A DNA stretch of 64,000 bases from Escherichia coli (GTDB lineage: Bacteria; Pseudomonadota; Gammaproteobacteria; Enterobacterales; Enterobacteriaceae). Each line of letters begins with the position of its first letter. The first letter of the stretch is position 1. The notes beneath the pieces were generated by a model. It did no database searches. It was not told the origin of the DNA and saw only the letters and a program-made list of their open reading frames with translations. Positions 33,603 to 45,100 of this stretch are shown here, one piece after another. Position numbers and translations under genes: made by a program. The DNA is taken from assembly GCF_003334255.1 (NCBI RefSeq), contig NZ_QOWU01000013.1. The stretch is one strand, 5' to 3'.

Positions 33603-35753
33603 ATGGATACTAAAAAGATATTCAAGCACATACCCTGGGTGATTCTCGGAATCATCGGTGCATTCTGCCTCGCGGTAGTTGCATTACGTCGGGGGGAGCA
33701 CATCAGCGCCCTGTGGATCGTGGTCGCCTCTGTATCGGTGTATCTGGTGGCGTATCGCTACTACAGTCTGTACATCGCCCAGAAGGTGATGAAACTCGAC
33801 CCCACGCGCGCGACGCCTGCGGTTATTAACAACGACGGTCTGAACTACGTTCCGACCAACCGTTACGTGTTGTTTGGTCACCACTTCGCCGCTATCGCCG
33901 GTGCTGGTCCGCTGGTGGGTCCGGTTCTCGCCGCGCAGATGGGCTACCTGCCTGGCACGCTGTGGCTGCTGGCGGGGGTCGTGCTGGCCGGTGCGGTTCA
34001 GGACTTTATGGTGCTGTTTATCTCCTCTCGCCGTAATGGCGCATCTCTTGGTGAGATGATCAAAGAAGAGATGGGACCAGTACCGGGGACTATCGCGCTG
34101 TTTGGCTGTTTCTTAATCATGATCATCATCCTCGCCGTCCTGGCGCTGATTGTGGTTAAAGCCCTGGCCGAAAGTCCGTGGGGTGTCTTCACCGTTTGCT
34201 CAACCGTACCGATTGCGCTGTTTATGGGTATCTACATGCGCTTTATTCGTCCGGGGCGTGTGGGTGAAGTCTCTGTCATTGGTATCGTGCTGCTGGTTGC
34301 CTCTATCTACTTCGGTGGCGTGATTGCTCACGATCCGTACTGGGGTCCGGCACTGACCTTTAAAGACACCACCATTACCTTCGCGCTGATTGGCTATGCG
34401 TTTGTTTCCGCACTGCTGCCAGTGTGGCTGATCCTCGCACCGCGCGACTATCTGGCAACCTTCCTGAAAATCGGCGTTATCGTCGGCCTGGCGCTGGGTA
34501 TCGTGGTGCTGAACCCGGAACTGAAAATGCCTGCCATGACCCAGTACATTGACGGTACTGGCCCGCTGTGGAAAGGCGCTCTGTTCCCGTTCCTGTTCAT
34601 CACCATCGCCTGTGGTGCGGTATCTGGCTTCCACGCGCTGATCTCTTCCGGTACGACGCCAAAACTGCTGGCTAATGAAACCGACGCGCGTTTCATCGGC
34701 TACGGCGCAATGCTGATGGAGTCCTTCGTGGCGATTATGGCGCTGGTTGCTGCGTCCATCATCGAACCGGGTCTTTACTTCGCGATGAACACCCCGCCTG
34801 CTGGCCTTGGCATCACCATGCCTAACCTGCATGAAATGGGTGGCGAGAACGCGCCGATCATCATGGCGCAGCTGAAAGACGTTACCGCACACGCGGCAGC
34901 GACCGTCAGCTCCTGGGGCTTCGTGATTTCGCCAGGGCAGATCCTGCAAACCGCGAAAGACATTGGTGAGCCTTCTGTCCTGAACCGTGCAGGTGGCGCG
35001 CCGACGCTGGCGGTAGGTATCGCGCACGTGTTCCACAAAGTGCTGCCGATGGCTGACATGGGCTTCTGGTATCACTTCGGTATTCTGTTCGAAGCCCTGT
35101 TCATCCTGACCGCGCTGGATGCGGGTACCCGTTCTGGCCGCTTTATGCTGCAAGACCTGCTGGGTAACTTTATCCCGTTCCTGAAAAAAACCGACTCTCT
35201 GGTTGCCGGTATCATTGGTACTGCGGGCTGTGTGGGTCTGTGGGGCTACCTGCTGTATCAGGGCGTGGTCGATCCGCTGGGCGGCGTTAAGAGCCTGTGG
35301 CCGCTGTTCGGTATCTCCAACCAGATGCTGGCAGCCGTAGCGCTGGTACTGGGCACCGTTGTGCTGATTAAGATGAAGCGCACCCAATACATCTGGGTAA
35401 CTGTTGTTCCGGCTGTATGGCTGCTTATCTGCACCACCTGGGCGCTGGGCCTGAAACTGTTCAGCACCAACCCGCAGATGGAAGGCTTCTTCTACATGGC
35501 AAGCCAGTACAAAGAGAAGATTGCTAACGGTACTGACCTGACGGCGCAGCAGATTGCCAATATGAACCACATCGTTGTGAACAACTACACCAACGCAGGT
35601 CTGAGTATTCTGTTCCTGATTGTGGTGTACAGCATCATCTTCTACGGTTTCAAAACCTGGCTTGCGGTGCGTAACAGCGACAAACGTACTGACAAAGAAA
35701 CACCGTACGTTCCAATCCCGGAAGGCGGCGTGAAGATCTCTTCGCACCACTAA
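33603..35753 (+). CDS. btsT: CstA-family pyruvate:H+ symporter BtsT (YjiY)
   Basis: ORF frame trimmed to MDTKKIFKHIPWVILGIIGAF (716 aa), a polytopic membrane protein. Confidence 0.95.
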   Translation: MDTKKIFKHIPWVILGIIGAFCLAVVALRRGEHISALWIVVASVSVYLVAYRYYSLYIAQKVMKLDPTRATPAVINNDGLNYVPTNRYVLFGHHFAAIAGAGPLVGPVLAAQMGYLPGTLWLLAGVVLAGAVQDFMVLFISSRRNGASLGEMIKEEMGPVPGTIALFGCFLIMIIILAVLALIVVKALAESPWGVFTVCSTVPIALFMGIYMRFIRPGRVGEVSVIGIVLLVASIYFGGVIAHDPYWGPALTFKDTTITFALIGYAFVSALLPVWLILAPRDYLATFLKIGVIVGLALGIVVLNPELKMPAMTQYIDGTGPLWKGALFPFLFITIACGAVSGFHALISSGTTPKLLANETDARFIGYGAMLMESFVAIMALVAASIIEPGLYFAMNTPPAGLGITMPNLHEMGGENAPIIMAQLKDVTAHAAATVSSWGFVISPGQILQTAKDIGEPSVLNRAGGAPTLAVGIAHVFHKVLPMADMGFWYHFGILFEALFILTALDAGTRSGRFMLQDLLGNFIPFLKKTDSLVAGIIGTAGCVGLWGYLLYQGVVDPLGGVKSLWPLFGISNQMLAAVALVLGTVVLIKMKRTQYIWVTVVPAVWLLICTTWALGLKLFSTNPQMEGFFYMASQYKEKIANGTDLTAQQIANMNHIVVNNYTNAGLSILFLIVVYSIIFYGFKTWLAVRNSDKRTDKETPYVPIPEGGVKISSHH

Positions 35754-35761
35754 CCGTGTTT

Positions 35762-35789
35762 AGCCCCGCTTCGGCGGGGCTTTGTTCTT
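35762..35789 (+). terminator. hairpin plus T tract after btsT
   Basis: agccccgc, ttcg loop, gcggggct, followed by ttgttctt. Confidence 0.7.
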
Positions 35790-35802
35790 ATCAGAGTGAA
35801 CT

Positions 35803-36006
35803 ATGTTTGGTAACTTAGGACAGGCAAAAAAATATCTCGGCCAGGCGGCGAAGATGTTGATTGGCATTCCAGACTACGACAACTACGTCGAGCATATGAA
35901 GACCAACCATCCCGACAAGCCGTACATGAGCTATGAAGAATTCTTCCGCGAACGCCAGAACGCGCGCTACGGCGGCGATGGTAAAGGCGGTATGCGCTGT
36001 TGTTAA
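35803..36006 (+). CDS. yjiX: YbdD/YjiX-family small protein (DUF466), CstA-associated
   Basis: 67-aa [36 protein letters not shown].... Confidence 0.85.
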
Positions 36007-36016
36007 TGGAGAGAGC

Positions 36017-36973
36017 ATGAACCCGATTGCAGTTACCCTACTCACCGGTTTTTTAGGCGCAGGAAAAACCACCCTGCTGCGCCATATTCTTAACGAACAG
36101 CACGGCTACAAGATTGCCGTGATTGAAAACGAATTCGGCGAAGTCTCTGTTGATGATCAACTGATTGGCGACCGCGCCACGCAGATCAAAACGCTGACCA
36201 ACGGCTGCATCTGCTGTTCGCGCTCCAACGAGCTGGAGGACGCGCTACTCGACCTGCTGGACAATCTCGACAAGGGCAATATTCAGTTCGACCGTCTGGT
36301 CATTGAATGCACCGGTATGGCCGATCCCGGCCCGATTATTCAGACCTTTTTCTCCCATGAGATTTTATGCCAGCGCTACCTGCTGGATGGCGTGATTGCG
36401 CTGGTGGATGCGGTACATGCCGATGAGCAGATGAACCAGTTCACCATCGCCCAGTCCCAGGTGGGCTACGCTGACCGTATTCTGCTGACTAAAACCGACG
36501 TCGCAGGCGAAGTAGAGAAACTGCGTGAACGCCTGGCGCGCATCAACGCCCGCGCACCGGTCTACACCGTCACCCACGGTGACATCGACCTGGGCCTGTT
36601 GTTCAACACCAACGGTTTTATGCTGGAAGAAAACGTCGTCAGCACCAAACCGCGTTTCCACTTTATCGCGGATAAACAAAACGATATTTCGTCGATTGTG
36701 GTGGAACTGGATTACCCGGTAGATATCAGCGAAGTTTCCCGCGTGATGGAAAACCTGCTGCTGGAATCGGCAGATAAACTGCTGCGTTACAAAGGGATGC
36801 TGTGGATTGACGGCGAACCTAACCGCCTGCTGTTCCAGGGCGTCCAGCGCCTCTACAGCGCCGACTGGGACAGGCCATGGGGCGATGAAAAACCGCATAG
36901 CACCATGGTGTTTATCGGGATTCAGCTGCCGGAGGATAAGATTCGGGCGGCGTTTGCTGGGTTGAGGAAGTAA
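36017..36973 (+). CDS. yjiA: COG0523 metal-chaperone GTPase YjiA
   Basis: ORF frame trimmed to MNPIAVTLLTGFLGAGKTTLLRHIL (318 aa). It has a CICC motif, and GGAGAG precedes the ATG. Confidence 0.95.
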   Translation: MNPIAVTLLTGFLGAGKTTLLRHILNEQHGYKIAVIENEFGEVSVDDQLIGDRATQIKTLTNGCICCSRSNELEDALLDLLDNLDKGNIQFDRLVIECTGMADPGPIIQTFFSHEILCQRYLLDGVIALVDAVHADEQMNQFTIAQSQVGYADRILLTKTDVAGEVEKLRERLARINARAPVYTVTHGDIDLGLLFNTNGFMLEENVVSTKPRFHFIADKQNDISSIVVELDYPVDISEVSRVMENLLLESADKLLRYKGMLWIDGEPNRLLFQGVQRLYSADWDRPWGDEKPHSTMVFIGIQLPEDKIRAAFAGLRK

Positions 36974-36991
36974 TTTTGGATGATGGATGAT

Positions 36992-37009
36992 GGCCGCCAT
37001 GTGGCGGCC
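36992..37009. terminator. GC hairpin between convergent yjiA and brnA
   Basis: ggccgc, catgtg loop, gcggcc, followed by tgaattatttttt on the plus strand. Confidence 0.5.
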
Positions 37010-37013
37010 TGAA

Positions 37014-37316
37014 TTATTTTTTGTTCTGATCGCGCAGCATCGCTTCACGTAAAATTGCGTTCAGGCGAGTTTGATAGCCTTTACCAGGTCGCTTCAGCCA
37101 TTCCATCACATCAGCATCAATACGCACCGAAGCCTGGGTTTTCAATGGCCGATAAAACTTACCGCGTTCTGCGTTAGACCATTGCTCATCGCTGGAAGGT
37201 GGGATATCGCTGTAATCAATCTCTTCGTCGGATTTATTCGCCAGCGCCTTCAATTCGGCCTCATGCTGCACATCGAGTGTAGAGGAGGTCCCTCGTTTAT
37301 GTTTAACCATGCTCAT
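37014..37316 (-). CDS. brnA: BrnA-family antitoxin
   Basis: 100 aa from the internal ATG. MSMVKHKRG...EIDYSDIPPSSDEQWSNAERGKFYRPLKTQASVRIDADVMEWLKRPGKGYQTRLNAILREAM matches the BrnA/DUF4415 signature. The start overlaps the brnT stop by 14 nt. Confidence 0.85.
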   Translation of the reverse strand: MSMVKHKRGTSSTLDVQHEAELKALANKSDEEIDYSDIPPSSDEQWSNAERGKFYRPLKTQASVRIDADVMEWLKRPGKGYQTRLNAILREAMLRDQNKK

Positions 37317-37599
37317 AGCGACTCCTCTCTTTACGATCTGCTTTTCGTGCACTGATGATTCGAATAATTTCATTTCCGCTTTCGAAACGGATGGTATGCG
37401 CAACCAGAATAACCACGATACCGTGAACCACGCCGATAGTCTGCCAGCGATACTCACCGTTTTCTATGCGATCTTGCTGTGACAAATGTTGTGGATCATC
37501 AAACACCAACACCGCATCTTCAAAGCGGATGCCATGTTTCACCCGATTACTTTTGGCCTTGTTTGCATCCCATTCAAACTCCATTGGCATAGTTGCCAT
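37303..37599 (-). CDS. brnT: BrnT-family (DUF497) ribonuclease toxin
   Basis: MEFEWDANKAKSNRVKHGIRFEDAVLVFDDP...IIRIISARKADRKERSRY matches the DUF497 signature. The start is one of the ATGs at 37599, 37590 or 37584. The TTG at 37617 in the ORF track is unlikely. Confidence 0.85.
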   Translation of the reverse strand: MATMPMEFEWDANKAKSNRVKHGIRFEDAVLVFDDPQHLSQQDRIENGEYRWQTIGVVHGIVVILVAHTIRFESGNEIIRIISARKADRKERSRYEHG

Positions 37600-37605
37600 C
37601 CCTAA

Positions 37606-37647
37606 TTGTATATACAAAAATGTATCTACAATTATTCTGCAATTATA
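37606..37647 (-). promoter_or_regulatory. candidate brnTA promoter/operator
   Basis: A perfect 12-bp palindrome TTGTATATACAA (37606-37617) lies just upstream of the brnT ATG. A perfect TATAAT -10 sits on the minus strand at 37642-37647. Confidence 0.4.
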
Positions 37648-37786
37648 GCGTTGATGTTGGAAATAGCATCACGTTTTGGATAATCAACCATGAAATTGAC
37701 AATGAGTAAGTTGGACTTGATTCATCCAATAGAATTTCTCGCCTGACATGGCACACTAAACACCTCGCTGTCGTTAAGGGATTACC

Positions 37787-38953
37787 GTGAAAAACTATAA
37801 AGTTATTACCCCGCTTTTTCCTACCTATGCACAGGTTAAAGCTATGATGAAAGCCGTCTCAGGCTATTCCCTGAAAGCGGTACGCAATATGATTACCGCC
37901 ATTCACGAGCAAACCGGTACGCCGCAAAAACCCGTTGACTGGTCGGAACCCGACCTGTGGATCAGCGAGCGCTTAACGGGTGAAGATGCCGACATCGCCC
38001 GTCGTATTTGGGATACCGATAATCACATCTTGAACCCGCGCCACAGCTACGGCTGCTACTTATTCCTCAACTATCCCCAGTTTGATCTGATGGAAAGCAC
38101 ACCAGATGATACCTGGCAGCCCACCTCGCACGGGCAAAAATTCCTGCAAGATGACGAAAAAACGCTGCGTTCACTGGACGATCAGGAAGGCATTCTGCAA
38201 CTTCTTGAACTATTAGCTGGCCGCGAAATGTCGCGCCGCGCCGATTTATTGCCGGAATGGCAGGCCTTTTTGCATCAGCATTCGAAATTCGCGTCTGCAA
38301 GTTCAGTGAAAAGCACGCTCTACTCCCGTCTCTATAACCTTATCGACCGTGACATGGTTAACCGTGAAGGCATGAGCTATCGCATCACCGATACCGGGCG
38401 CGCCTGACTTGGAAAAGCGTTACCTGCACGAAAAAGCGATCCGCGTAAAGAGCTGTTGGAAGCGGTAAAACGCTATAACGAACAGCAAAAAGAGCTGCTG
38501 CGCGAACAAATCAGCACGATGAACCCGTACAAATTTGAACAACTGGTCGGTCAATTACTGGAAGCAATGGGCTACGAGCAGGTCGAAGTGACCAAAGCCT
38601 CTGGCGATAAAGGCGTGGACGTGATTGGTCAGGTGCAGGTCGGCATCACCACCATTACAGAAGTGGTGCAGGTCAAAAGAATGCAGAACACTATCACTCG
38701 CCCGTATATCGACCAGTTGCGCGGGGCGTTGCCTTACCACAAAGCCATTCGCGGTACGCTCATCACCACCGGGAAATTTGCGGCGAAATGTGCAGAAGCG
38801 GCGCTCTTTCCGGGTGCCGCGCCCATTACGCTTATCGACGGCGATCGTTTACTGGAACTGTTAATCGAAAATAACGTCGGCATTCGCCGCAGCAATGCAG
38901 TGGAATTGCTGGATGTAGATTTGCAGTTGTTTGATGAGCTGGAGATGGATTAA
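37787..38953 (+). pseudogene. Mrr-type (type IV-like) restriction endonuclease gene interrupted by one in-frame TGA (38405-38407)
   Basis: ORFs 37787..38407 and 38456..38953 are in the same frame, and only the TGA separates them. The upstream part ends in an Mrr_N-like winged helix (ILQLLELLAGREMSRRADLL...GMSYRITDTGRA). The downstream part is an Mrr_cat PD-(D/E)xK domain (SGDKGVDVIG...VVQVKR). Confidence 0.7.
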
Positions 38954-39016
38954 AGGGCGAAATCCGCCGCCTCAACCATTACAATAGCGACCCAATTTAT
39001 CTGAACAGAGTTCATC

Positions 39017-40625
<1,609 letters not shown>

Positions 40626-40636
<11 letters not shown>

Positions 40637-42017
40637 TGGCTTCAAGTTACCTCTAGGATGGAATTGTAAAAAACTGGTTGATTGTACAAAGGAGGGAAAT
40701 ATCTCTTATGGTATTGTTCAACCAGGTCAGCATCAAGAAGATGGCATTGGTATTATTCGTGTAAATAATATACAAAATGGAAATATTTACATAGACGATG
40801 TTCTGAAGGTTTCTCATGAAATAGAAAGTAAATTTGCCAAAACTAGGTTAGAAGGAGGAGAAGTACTTTTAACACTAGTGGGTTCCACTGGAATTAGCGC
40901 CATTACAACTAAAGCACTACAGGGATGGAATGTTGCTCGTGCCGTAGCCGTAATTAAGCCATGCGATGAAATAAGTGCAGAGTGGATACATATTTGCCTC
41001 CAATCACCTTTTACAAAATATTTTTTGGATTCCAGAGCTAATACTACTGTTCAGAAAACTCTCAATCTCAAAGACGTGAAAGAAATTCCATTACCAATTC
41101 CTCCACATGAGGAAAGAGTAAGTCTTGAGAAAATTTACTTCAATTTTGAGAATAGAATAAACTTAAATATAAAAATTAATAAAATCCTAGAAGAAATGTC
41201 ACAAAACCTGTTCAAATCCTGGTTTGTAGATTTTGATCCGGTGGTTGATAACGCTCTGGATGCAGGAAACCCAATTCCGGAAGCCCTGCAATCTCGCGCC
41301 GAATTGCGTCAAAAAGTACGTAATAGTGCAGATTTTAAACCGCTTCCGGCGGAAATCCGCTCGCTTTTCCCAAGTGAATTTGAAGAAACGGAGTTGGGTT
41401 GGATGCCAAAGGGATGGCAAATTAAATCATTAGATCATATTGCTAATTTCCAGAATGGTTTGGCTTTACAAAAATTTAGGCCGAAGAATATGGAGGATGA
41501 TTATTTACCTGTATTAAAAATAGCAGATCTCCGAGCAGGACAAATAACTAATGACGAACGAGCAAGAACTGATATTTCTGATAGTTGTAAGGTGTATGAC
41601 GGCGATATGATTTTCTCATGGTCGGGGACTTTGATGATCGATATTTGGACTGGTGGGAATGCTGCATTAAATCAGCATTTATATAAGGTCACATCAAAAA
41701 AATACCCACAATCTTTTTATTTTATGTGGACAATACAGCATCTTTCAAGATTTCAACATATTGCAGAGGCAAAAGCGGTAACAATGGGGCACATCAAAAA
41801 AGGAGATTTAAGTAACTCTTTCTGTCTAATTCCTACTTCATCGTTGATTACTAAATATGATAATATCGTTGGAGGATATTTAGCGAAGATTAAAAATCAA
41901 AGATTGTTAAATAACCAAATGACCGCCCTACGCGACACCCTGCTCCCGAAACTCATCTCCGGCGAGCTATCCCTGGACGATATTCCGGATCTCAACACCG
42001 ATACAGAAGCTGCATAA
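40626..42017 (+). CDS. hsdS: type I R-M specificity subunit HsdS
   Basis: 463-aa ORF overlapping hsdM by 11 nt. It has a conserved central helix (LFKSWFVDFDPV) and C-terminal helix (LRDTLLPKLISGEL) flanking two AT-rich variable domains. Confidence 0.9.
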
Positions 42018-42025
42018 CGCATTTT

Positions 42026-42050
42026 GCCCCTGTAAAATCAGGGGCTTTCT
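42026..42050 (+). terminator. terminator-like hairpin between hsdS and hsdR
   Basis: gcccctg, taaaat loop, caggggc, followed by tttct. A second inverted repeat pairs ctggtaag (42049-42056) with cttaccag (42079-42086). Confidence 0.5.
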
Positions 42051-42111
42051 GGTAAGGTTTTCTACTGATACGGGAATGCTTACCAGAAATTAGCCAGGGT
42101 TGGAGCGCGAT

Positions 42112-45100
42112 ATGAGTCTCTCTTTCAGTGAAGCAAAATTAGAACAAGCGATCATTGAACTGTTACAGGATCAGGGATATCAACACCTGATCGGCGATAA
42201 TGTCCCACGTTCGACTCTCGATCAGGTCATTATCGAAGACGATCTCCGTCATTATTTAGCGGCACGCTACCAGCCTGATGGCATTACTGAAGAAGAGATT
42301 CAGCGACTGATCAAACAGTTCACCACGCTTCCGGCCTCCGATCTTTATGAAAGCAACAAAACATTTTGTCGCTGGCTGGCAAATGGTTTTCTGTTCAAAC
42401 GCGACGATCGGCAAAAAAAAGATCTCTATATTGAATTGCTCGACACCCGGCATCTACCTGCCGCACTGCGCCAGATATTTGACGCTGAAGATGTCCCGTT
42501 GCAACAGGCGGCGGAACTCCCGCCCTCCTATATTAATCCGCCGCTTAACCGGATTAAGATTGTTAACCAGCTTAAAATCTCCGGTAAAGATAATCAGACT
42601 CGTATTCCTGACGGCATTCTCTATATCAACGGTCTGCCACTGGTCGTCTTTGAATTTAAAAGCGCGGTGCGCGAGCAGGAAGCCAATATAGGCGATGCCT
42701 GGAAGCAGCTCTGCAAACGCTATCGCCGGGATATTCCGCAACTGTTTATCTACAACGCGCTCTGCATTATTAGCGATGGTGTAAATAACCGGATGGGCAA
42801 CCTGTTTGCGCCCTATGAATACTTTTACTCATGGCGCAAAGTCACCGGTAATGAAAACCGTGAACAGGACGGAATTCCATCATTGCACTCAATGATTCAG
42901 GGACTGTTTCATCCGGTACGTCTGTTGGATGTGATTAAAAACTTTATCTGCTTCCCGGATAAAGCCAAGCACGAAGTAAAAATTTGCTGCCGATATCCGC
43001 AGTACTATGCCGCCCGCAAACTCTATTACAGCATCAAGCAAGCGCGTAAACCTTTCGGTAGCGGTAAAGGCGGTACCTACTTTGGCGCAACGGGCTGCGG
43101 AAAAAGCTACACCATGCAATTTTTAACCCGCCTGTTAATGAAAAGCGTGGAGTTTGCCAGCCCGACCATTGTTTTGATCACCGACCGTACCGATCTGGAC
43201 GATCAGCTTTCTGCGCAAATGTGCAACGCCAAAAATTACATTGGCGATGACACCATCGTTCCCGTTACCAGCCGTGAAGATTTGCGTAATCAACTGGCGG
43301 GACGCAATAGTGGCGGTGTATTCCTGACAACGATCCATAAATTCACCGAAGACACCGAACTCCTTTCTGAACGCAGCAATATCATTTGCATCTCGGACGA
43401 AGCACATCGCAGTCAGGTTAACCTCGACCAGAAAGTCATCGTCGATAAAGAAAGCGGAAAAGTGCGCAAAACTTATGGCTTTGCGAAATACCTGCACGAT
43501 TCACTGCCAAACGCCACCTATGTTGGCTTTACCGGAACTCCGATTGACGCAACACTCGATGTCTTCGGTGAGGTGATCGACAGTTACACCATGACCGAAT
43601 CCGTTCAGGATGAAATCACTGTACGCATCGTGTACGAAGGCCGTGCGGCTAAAGTGATCCTGGACTCCAGCAAACTGGAAGAAGTCGAAAAGTATTACGA
43701 AGAGTGCGCAAACGCAGGCACCAATGAGTGGCAAATCGACGAAAGCAAAAAAGCCACCGCAACCATGAATGCGGTACTGGGTGATGAAGATCGGTTAAAA
43801 GCCCTCGCGGAAGATTTTGCCAAACATTATGAAAAACGCGTAGCCGAAGGTTCCACCGTAAAAGGCAAAGCCATGTTTGTTTGTGCCAGCCGTGAAATTG
43901 CCTGGGATTTCTACCGCCAGCTTAAAGTTATTCGCCCTGCCTGGTTTGAAGTGAAGCAAGCCCCCGATGGCGTCGTCCTGACGGAACAGGAGCAGAAAGA
44001 GTTACCGCCTTCTGAAATGGTGAAGATGGTCATGACGCGCGGTAAAGATGACGACGAGGCGCTTTATGATTTACTGGGCACAAAAGAATATCGCAAAGAG
44101 CTGGATAAGCAGTTCAAAAACGCTAAATCGAATTTCAAAATTGCCATTGTTGTTGATATGTGGCTGACCGGTTTTGATGTTCCTGAACTGGATACCATCT
44201 ATATTGATAAGCCCTTACAAAAACATAACCTTATCCAGACTATTTCTCGCGTTAACCGTAAACTGGAAGGCAAAAGCAAAGGGTTAGTAGTGGACTACAT
44301 CGGCATTAAGAGTCAGATGAACCAGGCACTGGCAATGTATTCCCGCATTGATGCCACCAACTTTGAAGATATTCAGCAATCGGTAATAGAAGTTAAAAAC
44401 CATCTCGATTTGTTGGGGCAAGTATTTTATGAATTCGACAGTCGGGATTATTTTAGTGGTGAGCCACAAGCGCAATTATCCTGCCTCAACCGCGCGGCGG
44501 AATTTGTTCTGCGCACTCAGAAAGTTGAACGTCGTTTTATGGGACTGGTTAAACGCATGAAAGCCGCCTACGACGTCTGCTGCGGCAGTGAAGCACTATC
44601 ACAGACAGAACGTGATCATATTCACTATTATCTTGCTGTTCGTTCAATTGTTTTCAAACTGACGAAAGGTGACGCACCGGATGTCACCCAGATGAATGCA
44701 CGCGTTCGTGAAATGATTGCAGAAGCGCTAAAAGCTGATGGCGTAGAAGAAATTTATTTTCTTGGCGATAAAAAAGCGGAATCCATCGATATTTTTGACG
44801 AAGATTATCTGGCGCGAATTAACAAGATCAAACTTCCGGCAACGAAGATCCAGTTATTACAAAAATTACTGGAAAAAGCGATCAGCGACTTCAAGAAAGT
44901 GAACCAGTTGCAAGGGATTAACTTCACCCGCCGCTTCCAGGCGATTATAGATCGTTATAATGAGCGGCGAGAAGATGATGTACTCAACGGTGAAGAATTC
45001 GATACATTCAGTCAGGAAATGACCGATATTATCTATGATATTAAAACCGAAATGGGCACATGGGCCGATTTAGGTATTGATATTGAAGAAAAAGCGTTTT

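Noticed and set aside
37014-37457. 147-aa ORF as a single larger protein overlapping most of brnT
   Set aside because: Only the last 100 aa, from ATG 37316, match the BrnA signature. The upstream 47 codons overlap the brnT coding sequence out of frame and look like fortuitous open frame.
38405-38407. TGA in the Mrr-like gene as a selenocysteine codon
   Set aside because: I see no SECIS-like stem-loop in the ~40 nt downstream. The position lies in an interdomain linker rather than a redox active site. Nonsense mutation or leaky stop is more parsimonious.
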